Shown here: piece after piece, positions 29,914 through 37,594 of the stretch
Numbering within the stretch: the first letter of the stretch is position 1
How the letters are laid out: the number at the start of each line of letters is the position of its first letter
DNA from: Candidatus Latescibacterota bacterium
Lineage (GTDB): Bacteria > Latescibacterota > UBA2968 > UBA8231
Length of the DNA stretch: 64,000 bases
Direction of reading: 5' to 3'
Assembly (NCBI GenBank): GCA_965221775.1
Contig: CBDCSU010000006.1
Location: 320,001 to 384,000 of the forward strand
Translations under genes and position numbers: made by a program
The notes under the pieces: generated by a model
What the model saw: only the letters and a program-made list of their open reading frames with translations
Told to the model about the DNA's origin: nothing
Databases searched by the model: none

Positions 29914-29942
29914 TTGCGGATCACCCGGCCCCTGGTTATCTT
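29914..29942 (+). promoter_or_regulatory. Putative topA promoter
   Basis: TTGCGG-17bp-TATCTT, about 100 bp upstream of topA. Confidence 0.45.
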
Positions 29943-30043
29943 GCGAGACCGGCGGCCCTGGGCGGGGCGCATTCGGCCCCGCCTCTCAGGGCCGCGTCCT
30001 TTTTCCTCCGAAACTCCGAACGAAGCGGATCTCGCAATCCTCC

Positions 30044-32278
30044 ATGGGTAAGTCACTCGTCGTCGTGGAGTCGCCGGCCAAGGCGACGACCATCAACAAG
30101 ATCCTCGGCCGCGACTTCATCGTGAAGTCGTGCATGGGGCACGTCCGCGATCTGCCGCCGAAGGAACTCGGCGTCGACGTGGACAAGGACTTCATGCCCC
30201 GCTACGTGACCATCCGCGGGAAGGGCAAGATCCTCACCGACCTCCGGCGGGCGGCGCAGAGGGCGGACACGATCTACCTGGCGACGGATCCCGACCGCGA
30301 GGGCGAGGCGATCGCCTGGCACGTGGCGCAGGCGATCTCGGGCAAGGAGGGCGAGGTCAAGCGGATCCTCTTCAACGAGATCACGCCCAAGGCGGTGCGG
30401 GAGTCGATCAACCGGTCCGGCGTCCTCGACCTGTGCAAGGTCAACGCCCAGCAGGCCCGGCGCGTCCTCGACCGCCTCGTGGGCTACGAGATCAGCCCCC
30501 TCCTGTGGAAGGTCATTCACGCCGGGCTGTCCGCCGGGCGGGTGCAGTCCGTCGCCCTGCGCCTGATCTGCGAGCGCGATGCCGAGATCGCCGCCTTCGA
30601 GCCCCAGGAGTACTGGTCGATCGACGCCCTCCTCGGCCACGCCACCGACGACGGCGAGGTCGCCTTCAAGTCGCGCCTGCTGCAGTACAAGGGCGAGAAG
30701 CTCGAGATCCCCGACCAGGAGGCGACCGACCGCATCACCGCGGCCCTGCGGGAATCGACCTTCACCGTCAAGTCGATCAAGCACCGCGAGCAGCGGCGGC
30801 GGGCAGCGCCTCCCTTCATCACCAGCACCCTGCAGCAGGAGGCGGCCCGCAAGCTGAGATTCTCGGTGAAACGCACCATGGCCGTGGCCCAGCAGCTCTA
30901 CGAGGGCATCGAGCTCGTGGGCGAGACGGTGGGGCTCATCACCTACATGCGCACCGACTCGGTGCGCGTCGCCGACGATGCGATCGCGGAGGTGCGGGCC
31001 GAGATCGGCACGCGCTTCGGCAAGGAGTACGTGCCCGGGAAGCCGAACGTCTACAAGACCCGCCGGGGCGCCCAGGACGCTCACGAGGCGATCCGCCCCA
31101 CCTCGGTGGAACGCTCTCCGGAGGAGATGAAGTCCCGCCTGTCCCCCGATCAATGGCGGCTCTACGAGCTGATCTGGAAGCGCTTCGTCGCCTCCCAGAT
31201 GGAACCCCAGGTGATGAACATCATCAGCGTCGACATCGCCGCCGGCCACTACCTGCTGCGGGCCACGGGGTCGCAGGTGAAGTTCCCCGGGTTCACCATC
31301 CTCTACACCGAGAGCAAGGAGGAGGAGGACGAGGAGGAGAGCACCCAGGTGCCCGCCGACCTGTCCGAGGGCGAGACCCTCGCCCTGAAGAAGCTGCTGC
31401 CCAGGCAGCACTTCACCAAGCCGCCGCCGCGCTACTCCGAGGCGTCGCTGGTGAAGGAGCTGGAGGCCAAGGGCATCGGCCGGCCGAGCACCTACGCCCA
31501 GATCATCTCCACCCTGCAGGACCGGGAGTACGTGGAGAAGATGGACAACCGCTACTTCGAGGCCACCGAGCGCGGCCAGACGGTCAACAAGCTCCTCGTG
31601 GCCACCTTCCCCAACATCTTCGACGTGGCCTTCACGGCGCGGATGGAGGACGAGCTCGACCGCATCGAGGACGGCCGCGAGGACTGGGTCGACTCGGTGC
31701 GCCAGTTCTACGGCTCGTGGAAGGGGTCCCTCGAGGAGGCCAACGCGCGCCGCAGGGAGCTGAAGCAGTCCCTCCAGGAGGAGACCGACATCCTCTGCCA
31801 GGAGTGCGGACGCAACATGGTCGTCAAGTGGGGCCGGAACGGCCGCTTCCTCGCCTGTCCGGGGTACCCGCAGTGCAAGAACACGAAGCCCCTGGAAGAA
31901 CAGCGCGAGCAGGCGGAGACCGACGAGATCTGCGACCGGTGCTCGAAGCCCATGGTCGTGAAGACGGGGCGCTACGGCCGCTTCCTCGCCTGCTCCGGGT
32001 ATCCCGACTGCCACAACGTCAAACCCTTCTCCCTGGGCATCTCCTGCCCCGACTGCGAGGAGGGCGACATAGTGGAGAAGCAATCGCGCAAGGGGAAGGT
32101 GTTCTTCGGCTGCAACCGCTACCCGAAGTGCAAGTTCGCCAGCTGGGACAAGCCGGTGGACGGCCCCTGCCCCCAGTGCGAGGCCCCCCTGCTCTACGAG
32201 AAGGCCAGCCGCACCGGTCCGCCCTCTCTCCACTGCAAGGTCTGCGACAGCCGCTTCGAGAACACCCAGGCCGCCTGA
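30044..32278 (+). CDS. topA: DNA topoisomerase I
   Basis: VVESPAKA, ATDPDREGE, SAGRVQS, ITYMRTDS and C-terminal zinc ribbons. Confidence 0.98.
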   Translation: MGKSLVVVESPAKATTINKILGRDFIVKSCMGHVRDLPPKELGVDVDKDFMPRYVTIRGKGKILTDLRRAAQRADTIYLATDPDREGEAIAWHVAQAISGKEGEVKRILFNEITPKAVRESINRSGVLDLCKVNAQQARRVLDRLVGYEISPLLWKVIHAGLSAGRVQSVALRLICERDAEIAAFEPQEYWSIDALLGHATDDGEVAFKSRLLQYKGEKLEIPDQEATDRITAALRESTFTVKSIKHREQRRRAAPPFITSTLQQEAARKLRFSVKRTMAVAQQLYEGIELVGETVGLITYMRTDSVRVADDAIAEVRAEIGTRFGKEYVPGKPNVYKTRRGAQDAHEAIRPTSVERSPEEMKSRLSPDQWRLYELIWKRFVASQMEPQVMNIISVDIAAGHYLLRATGSQVKFPGFTILYTESKEEEDEEESTQVPADLSEGETLALKKLLPRQHFTKPPPRYSEASLVKELEAKGIGRPSTYAQIISTLQDREYVEKMDNRYFEATERGQTVNKLLVATFPNIFDVAFTARMEDELDRIEDGREDWVDSVRQFYGSWKGSLEEANARRRELKQSLQEETDILCQECGRNMVVKWGRNGRFLACPGYPQCKNTKPLEEQREQAETDEICDRCSKPMVVKTGRYGRFLACSGYPDCHNVKPFSLGISCPDCEEGDIVEKQSRKGKVFFGCNRYPKCKFASWDKPVDGPCPQCEAPLLYEKASRTGPPSLHCKVCDSRFENTQAA

Positions 32279-32305
32279 TGCGGGCGGCGTGACCGCCGCT
32301 CATCC

Positions 32306-33271
32306 GTGAACCCTCCGACCCTGAGCCCGCATACCGCCGTCGAGACGGGTATCGAGCTCTTCCTCGCCTCCCTGGCCGAGGCCGGCCCCTTTGGCCGGTC
32401 CCCCCTGAGCCCCGGGACCCGGCGCGCCTATGGCGTCGACCTCGACCAGTTCTCCCGCTTCCTGCACACCCGGGTCACCGCGCCCACCGTGGCCAACGTC
32501 CCCGCCGAGGCGGTGGCCGCCTTCGCCGGGCATCTGACCGAGGCGGGACGGTCGCCGCGCACCGTGGCCCGCAAGCTCGCCGCCGTGCGCCGCCTGTTCC
32601 GCTTCCTGGGGTCGCAAGGGGTATGCCCTTCCGATCCCTCCGCGGGGGTCCGGCCCCCCGCTCCGTCCGCCGACCCGGCTCCCCCCACCCCCGAGGAGAT
32701 ACGCGCCCTGCTCGCCCTTCCCGAACGCGGCTCCTTCACCGGCGCCCGGAACCGGGCCCTGCTGGAGTTGATCTACGGCGGCGGGCTGCGGCTCTCGGAA
32801 GCGGTGAACCTGAACCTGAGCCACCTGGGCCTGGCCGATGGCCGGCTGCGCATCGCCGGCGCCAGCCCCCGCGCCGTACCCCTGGGGACCCAGGCGGCGG
32901 AGGCGCTGCGGGCGTACCTGCTGCGCCGCGCCGAGATGCTCCTGACCCGCGAGATCTCCTCGGTCGACGCCGGCGCGCTCTTCGTCAGCGCCAGGGGCCG
33001 CAGGCTGCACCCGCGCTCGATCCAGCGCATCGTCGACCGCTACCTGCGCCACCTGGAGGCGCCGCCGGGCCGGCCGCACGCGGGACCTCCCCGCCACCGG
33101 GGCACCGGCCAGCTGCGCGCCGCCTGCGCCCGGCACCTTGTCGAGGCGGGGGCCGACCCGGGCCTCGTCTCCGCCCTCCTGGACCGCCGGACGGCGGCCT
33201 CCGACCCGGACCGCGGCCGGGACATCTCCGAGCTCACGGCCCGCTACCGGCAGGCCCACCCCCGGGCTTAG
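32306..33271 (+). CDS. XerC/XerD-like tyrosine recombinase homologue with degenerate active site
   Basis: SAM-like N-domain (TRRAYGVDL, TVARKLAAVRRLFRFL), LELIYGGGLRLSE and C-terminal AHPRA; HxxR, LGH and catalytic Tyr motifs are altered. Confidence 0.85.
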   Translation: MNPPTLSPHTAVETGIELFLASLAEAGPFGRSPLSPGTRRAYGVDLDQFSRFLHTRVTAPTVANVPAEAVAAFAGHLTEAGRSPRTVARKLAAVRRLFRFLGSQGVCPSDPSAGVRPPAPSADPAPPTPEEIRALLALPERGSFTGARNRALLELIYGGGLRLSEAVNLNLSHLGLADGRLRIAGASPRAVPLGTQAAEALRAYLLRRAEMLLTREISSVDAGALFVSARGRRLHPRSIQRIVDRYLRHLEAPPGRPHAGPPRHRGTGQLRAACARHLVEAGADPGLVSALLDRRTAASDPDRGRDISELTARYRQAHPRA

Positions 33272-33279
33272 CGGTCCCC

Positions 33280-34890
33280 ATGCCGCGCCTGCTCTGCGCC
33301 GCCGCCTTCGCCGCGGCCCTCGGCTGCGCCAAGCAGGGCCGGCCCACGGGAGGGCCGGTGGACGAGAGCGCTCCCGTCGTGGTGGCCCACCAGCCCGCCG
33401 CCGACGCCACCGGCGTCGATCCCCGCCGGAGCGTGACCATCGAGTTCAGCGAGGCCATGGATCGAGAGCGGACGGAGGCGGCGGTCTTCCTGGCTCCCCG
33501 GGTCGACTTCCGCGCCAGGTGGAGGGGCCGCCGCCTGGAGATCACGGTCCCCTCGGGGCTAGCCGAGGAGCGGACCTACGTCGTCACCATCGGCACCGAC
33601 GCGCGGGACCTGCGCGGCAACCGCCTCGAGCAGTCCTTCCAGCTCGCCTTCGCCACCGGCGGCCGGCTCGACGCCGGAAGCCTCTCCGGGCGCGTGCTGA
33701 CGGCGGACCTCGAGCCCCGGAGAGGCGCCTTCGTCTGGGCCTACGACATGGCCCACTTCAGCGGCCGCACCGGCACCGACCCGCCGGCCTACGTCACCCA
33801 GAGCGGGACCGACGGCGGCTTCCGGTTCGACCGGCTCGCCGCCAGCCGTTACCGCACGATCGCCTTCGTCGACGGCAACCGGAACCAGCGGCCGGACCGG
33901 GGAGAGCCCCTCGGCCTCGCCCACGGCGACATCGCGGCCTCCACCGATGGAGAGGCCGACGCCGGGGTGCTCGTGCTGGCGGACCGGGAGCCCGGCAACC
34001 GCGTGCAGCGGATCAGCGCCGTCGACCGGCGGCGGATCCTGCTGGCCTTCGAGAAAGGGGTGGAGGCCGCCGACCTGCGGGTGGAGATCGAAACCCTCGC
34101 CGTGGAGCAGCTCTACCCTCTGCCCACGGATTCCAGGAGGGTCCACGTGGTCACCGCCGAGCAGGAGCCGGGCCGGAGCTACCGCGTCAGCGTGCTCCTG
34201 GCCGGCCGCGACGTGGAGGTTCCGCCAGAGCCGGTGCGCGGGACAGACCGCGAGGACCGCCGCCCACCCCAGGTCGTCGAGTCCGGCCCCCGCGGGCCGG
34301 CGATCGAGGCGGATTCCCTCGTGCTCACCTTCTCCGAGGCGATGGACGCCAGCACCGTTCCCGGCGGCCAGGACTGGGCCGCGCCCGACTCCACCTCTCC
34401 CCCTCCCGCCGGCCGCTGGCGCTGGTCGGACGCCCTGACCCTGGCCTTCCTCCCCGGGCCGCCCATGGAGCCCGGCTCCCACCGTCTGGAGGTGCGGCTC
34501 GACGGCCTCCGCGACCGGGCCGGCAACGCCCCGCGGGACTCGACGGCCGTCTTCGACTTCGAGCTGCTCGCGGCCTCCGACCGGGCGACGGTGGAAGGGA
34601 AGGCCGCGTGGCCGGCGGCGAAGGGGCCGGTGCGAGTGCGGCTCCACCGGCCGGGGGGCCCGGCGCGGACCGCCGCCGCCGACTCGGCGGGTCTCTTCAT
34701 CTTCACCCGGGTCGCCCCCGGCAGGTACCGGCTCTCGGCCTTCGCCGACCGCGACGGAGACGGGGAGCACGGCCTCGGCCGCCTCGACCCCTACACGCCG
34801 GCGGAACCGGTCGCCCTCGGCGGCGAGGTGATCGTCGAGCGCGGCCAGCGTCTCCGGGTCCGGGTGCCCGGGGAAGTCCCGTCACCGTGA
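33280..34890 (+). CDS. Lipoprotein with two Big_5 Ig-like domains
   Basis: Lipobox ALGC; PTGGPVDESAP; two FSEAMD and D.(R/A)GN motifs. Confidence 0.85.
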   Translation: MPRLLCAAAFAAALGCAKQGRPTGGPVDESAPVVVAHQPAADATGVDPRRSVTIEFSEAMDRERTEAAVFLAPRVDFRARWRGRRLEITVPSGLAEERTYVVTIGTDARDLRGNRLEQSFQLAFATGGRLDAGSLSGRVLTADLEPRRGAFVWAYDMAHFSGRTGTDPPAYVTQSGTDGGFRFDRLAASRYRTIAFVDGNRNQRPDRGEPLGLAHGDIAASTDGEADAGVLVLADREPGNRVQRISAVDRRRILLAFEKGVEAADLRVEIETLAVEQLYPLPTDSRRVHVVTAEQEPGRSYRVSVLLAGRDVEVPPEPVRGTDREDRRPPQVVESGPRGPAIEADSLVLTFSEAMDASTVPGGQDWAAPDSTSPPPAGRWRWSDALTLAFLPGPPMEPGSHRLEVRLDGLRDRAGNAPRDSTAVFDFELLAASDRATVEGKAAWPAAKGPVRVRLHRPGGPARTAAADSAGLFIFTRVAPGRYRLSAFADRDGDGEHGLGRLDPYTPAEPVALGGEVIVERGQRLRVRVPGEVPSP

Positions 34891-35279
34891 ACGAGGTCGA
34901 CTCCCCTGCCCCGGGGCGGCGGTGGTGGCCCTGGCTGGAGCTGGGGCTCCTCCTGGCCCTCCTGGCCGGCATCGGCATCGTGGGGTTCTCGCGGCTGACG
35001 GTGACCGAGAGGCTGACCATCCAGCTGGAGGCGGGTCTGCAACAGCTCCACGAGATGGAGATCGACCACCTGCGGCGGCACGGGCGCTTCTTCCCCCCGA
35101 AGGACCCGGCGTACGCTCCCTACCTGACCTGGATGCGGCTCTACGAGGTCGAGGCCGCTCACGAGGGGCGGCAGTCCTTCTCCGTCGTGGTGCGCGCCGA
35201 CATCGACGGCGACGGGCGACCCGGCGTCTGGCGGATCGATCAGACCTCGCCGGAGGTGCAGCGCCTTCAGGAGGACTGA
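34887..35279 (+). CDS. Single-TM hypothetical protein, weakly pilin-like
   Basis: WLELGLLLALLAGIG hydrophobic helix; C-terminal ADIDGDG..VWRIDQ. Confidence 0.6.
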   Translation: MNEVDSPAPGRRWWPWLELGLLLALLAGIGIVGFSRLTVTERLTIQLEAGLQQLHEMEIDHLRRHGRFFPPKDPAYAPYLTWMRLYEVEAAHEGRQSFSVVVRADIDGDGRPGVWRIDQTSPEVQRLQED

Positions 35280-35295
35280 AGGCCGATCGAGGGAG

Positions 35296-36150
35296 TCAGC
35301 GCGGGTACAGACGCGGCTCGGCGGTGATGCCCGCCGGATAGGTGCCCACCAGGTGCTGGCCGGCGACGAGGCCGGCCACCTCCCGCAGCGCCCCGGCGGC
35401 CGGCTCGGCGGCGGCGTCGCCGGCGAAGTCGAGGTACACCAGGTAGGCCCAGGGACGGCCCACCCGCTTGCGGGTTTCCACCTTCAGGACCTCCAGCCCC
35501 GCACGGGTCAGCTGGCCGAGGACGGCGGGCAGGCCGGCGGCGGTGTGGTCCATCTCGAGGACCACCGTCGTCTTCGGGGAGCCGCCGGATTCGGTGCCCT
35601 CGCCCAGGACGAGGAAGCGGGTGAAGTTGTGGCGCCCCGCCAGATCGGCGACCAGGACCTGCATGCCGTTGTCCTCCGCCGCCTGGGCGGTGGCGATGGC
35701 CGCCTCGTCGGAGCGGCCCTCGGCCTTGACCATCATGACCGCGCCGGCCGTGTCGTACACCGGCTCGACCTGGACCTCTTCGAGGCCGTCGAGGAACTCC
35801 CGGCACTGGGCCAGGGCCTGGGGATGGGAGCGGATGCGGCGCAGGTCCTCGAGACGGGTCCCGGCGGGGGCGATCAGGTGGTGGCCGATGCGCAGGCGGA
35901 TCTCGCCGCACACCGGCAGGGGCCGCTCGCGCAGCAGGTCCCAGACCTCGTGGATGCTGCCGGCCAGGGAGTTCTCCACCGGGGCCATGGCGGCCTCCGC
36001 GCGCCCCCGGGAGAGGGCGGAGAACAGAGCGGCGAAGGTGCGGCAGGGAAGGACGTCGACGTCACGTCCGTCGAAGTACTCGCGGGCGGCCAGCTCGCTG
36101 TTGCTGCCCAGCTCGCCCTGGACGGCCACGGTGAGAGCGGCGTCGGTCAT
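35296..36150 (-). CDS. pheA: Prephenate dehydratase with ACT domain
   Basis: QGELGSNS, PVENSLAGS, SHPQALAQC, NFTRF. Confidence 0.93.
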   Translation of the reverse strand: MTDAALTVAVQGELGSNSELAAREYFDGRDVDVLPCRTFAALFSALSRGRAEAAMAPVENSLAGSIHEVWDLLRERPLPVCGEIRLRIGHHLIAPAGTRLEDLRRIRSHPQALAQCREFLDGLEEVQVEPVYDTAGAVMMVKAEGRSDEAAIATAQAAEDNGMQVLVADLAGRHNFTRFLVLGEGTESGGSPKTTVVLEMDHTAAGLPAVLGQLTRAGLEVLKVETRKRVGRPWAYLVYLDFAGDAAAEPAAGALREVAGLVAGQHLVGTYPAGITAEPRLYPR

Positions 36151-36239
36151 GGCGGGGAAGGCCCCGGGGAAGGACGGGCCCCCCGGGAGCTGGCGGATGG
36201 GGGCTGCATGCGCTGAATATAGGGACCGCAAGTACCGCG

Positions 36240-36268
36240 TTGACAGGGACTTGCCTGCCCGGTAGGTT
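36240..36268 (+). promoter_or_regulatory. Promoter for tRNA-Cys/tRNA-Leu
   Basis: TTGACA-17bp-TAGGTT followed by a GC-rich discriminator. Confidence 0.7.
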
Positions 36269-36285
36269 CTGCCGGCCCGCATTCC

Positions 36286-36359
36286 GGCGGCGTGGCCAAG
36301 TGGTAAGGCAAGGGCCTGCAAAGCCCATATCCCCGGTTCGATTCCGGGCGCCGCCTCCA
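36286..36359 (+). tRNA. tRNA-Cys(GCA)
   Basis: GGCGGCG/CGCCGCC acceptor stem, CTGCAAA anticodon loop, GGTTCGATTCC, encoded CCA. Confidence 0.97.
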
Positions 36360-36370
36360 GACCTTCCAAC

Positions 36371-36405
36371 GGCCTCGTCCGCATCCACGCGGGTGAGGCC
36401 TTTCT
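36371..36405 (+). terminator. Terminator-like hairpin between the two tRNAs
   Basis: 12-bp stem GGCCTCGTCCGC/GCGGGTGAGGCC (two G-U pairs) followed by TTTCT. Confidence 0.5.
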
Positions 36406-36425
36406 CATTCGCTACCTTTGTGGCA

Positions 36426-36514
36426 GCCGGGGTGGCGGAACGGGTAGACGCAGCGGACTTAAAATCCGCCAGGCCGCAGGGCCTGTAGGGGTTCGAGTCC
36501 CCTCCCCGGCACCA
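36426..36514 (+). tRNA. tRNA-Leu(TAA)
   Basis: GCCGGGG/CCCCGGC stem, CTTAAAA loop, long variable arm, GGTTCGAGTCC, CCA. Confidence 0.97.
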
Positions 36515-36540
36515 CCTTTATTTTCAAATTGTTGTCGCAG

Positions 36541-36572
36541 AATGGTTTAGGCGGTCACCCGCCTAGACCATT
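36541..36572. terminator. Hairpin between convergent tRNA-Leu and island genes (possible bidirectional terminator)
   Basis: AATGGTTTAGGCGG-TCAC-CCGCCTAGACCATT, a 14-bp stem with one G-U pair. Confidence 0.6.
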
Positions 36573-36585
36573 ATTGCGTCTGGTA

Positions 36586-36852
36586 TCACTCCACCTCTCC
36601 AGCACACTTGTCCGCTTGAACCTCGATGGACTTCAGTATCCAAGACGTGTGTATATCGCTCGTATAGGGATGGTGGAAGTCCTCCATGTAACAACCCTCG
36701 TAGCCAGGCACCGAAGGAGTAAACGTCCAGCGCCAGAACATCTCGCCCCCCTCTGTGACTCTCTTCCTCACCACGCCACCGACCGGCTGGCCGTCGACTT
36801 GGATCAGATACCCCTTCGGCTGATCCGTTCGCGCGTAAGTCACTTCCGGCAT
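36586..36852 (-). CDS. Hypothetical protein, lower GC, possibly phage/island-derived
   Basis: 88-aa ORF with atypical codon usage next to the tRNA 3' end. Confidence 0.6.
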   Translation of the reverse strand: MPEVTYARTDQPKGYLIQVDGQPVGGVVRKRVTEGGEMFWRWTFTPSVPGYEGCYMEDFHHPYTSDIHTSWILKSIEVQADKCAGEVE

Positions 36853-36855
36853 CGC

Positions 36856-37269
36856 CTATTCTCGCTCAATACTGAGAGAATGCAGTCTGATGCGGATCAG
36901 GTCCTCAAAGTTGCCATCGTCCCATTCCTCTCGCGTGAGAAGCAGGTCGTCACAGCGGAAGGTCAGATCTCCGTGCCCGTGCCGTTGCATCTCTGCCGCG
37001 AACCAGGTCTGGACTCGGAGGATTGCGTCCTTCATCGAATCGACCACCTCGGCGCGGAAGGGACGGTCCTGCGGTCGGAAGTAGACCAATCGCACGGTGC
37101 GGGGCTCGCCCACGTCCAGGTCCGCCAGCGGCTTGGCGACCGCCTGGAGCCGGTTGCGTTCCCAGCGGTCGAAATCGATGGTGGGGGAGGCGTGGGTGGG
37201 AGGGAGGAACGGTGAGAGTAAGGGGAGGATCGGCAGCAGGATTGCACAAGGGAGGACCGGGGTCTTCAT
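36856..37269 (-). pseudogene. Truncated or chimeric secreted protein
   Basis: Signal peptide plus EPRTVRLVYFRPQDRPF...EMQRHGHGDLTF, then an abrupt switch to lower-GC sequence and an early stop. Confidence 0.55.
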
Positions 37270-37594
37270 GGATGTGCCCCAACCTGCAAAGACGTTGCTG
37301 TCGTGCCGTACCAGGTCAAGGGTGGCACACGGGAGAGGCCCAAGACACCGTTACACCGCCACCCTCGTCTCCGCATCCCCGGCCGTTCGTAGTAGGGTCG
37401 GTCGTGTCCGTTGCGCACTCCCATTCGGGAACTCTCCTGCCCCGGTGATCCGGGGCCGGGCCGGCTAGGCGGTAGGCGAGATAGGTGCGACTGTTGAGGG
37501 AACGCCGACCAGTACCCAAGCGAGGCTGAGCAACGAAGTTGATCGCATGACCTGTTTCCTCTTGGGTGTTCGATCGCCCACGGGTACGGCGCCG

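Noticed and set aside
32306-33271. XerC-like gene as the integrase of the tRNA island
   Set aside because: It sits in core synteny after topA, 3 kb from the tRNAs, and lacks the catalytic Tyr.
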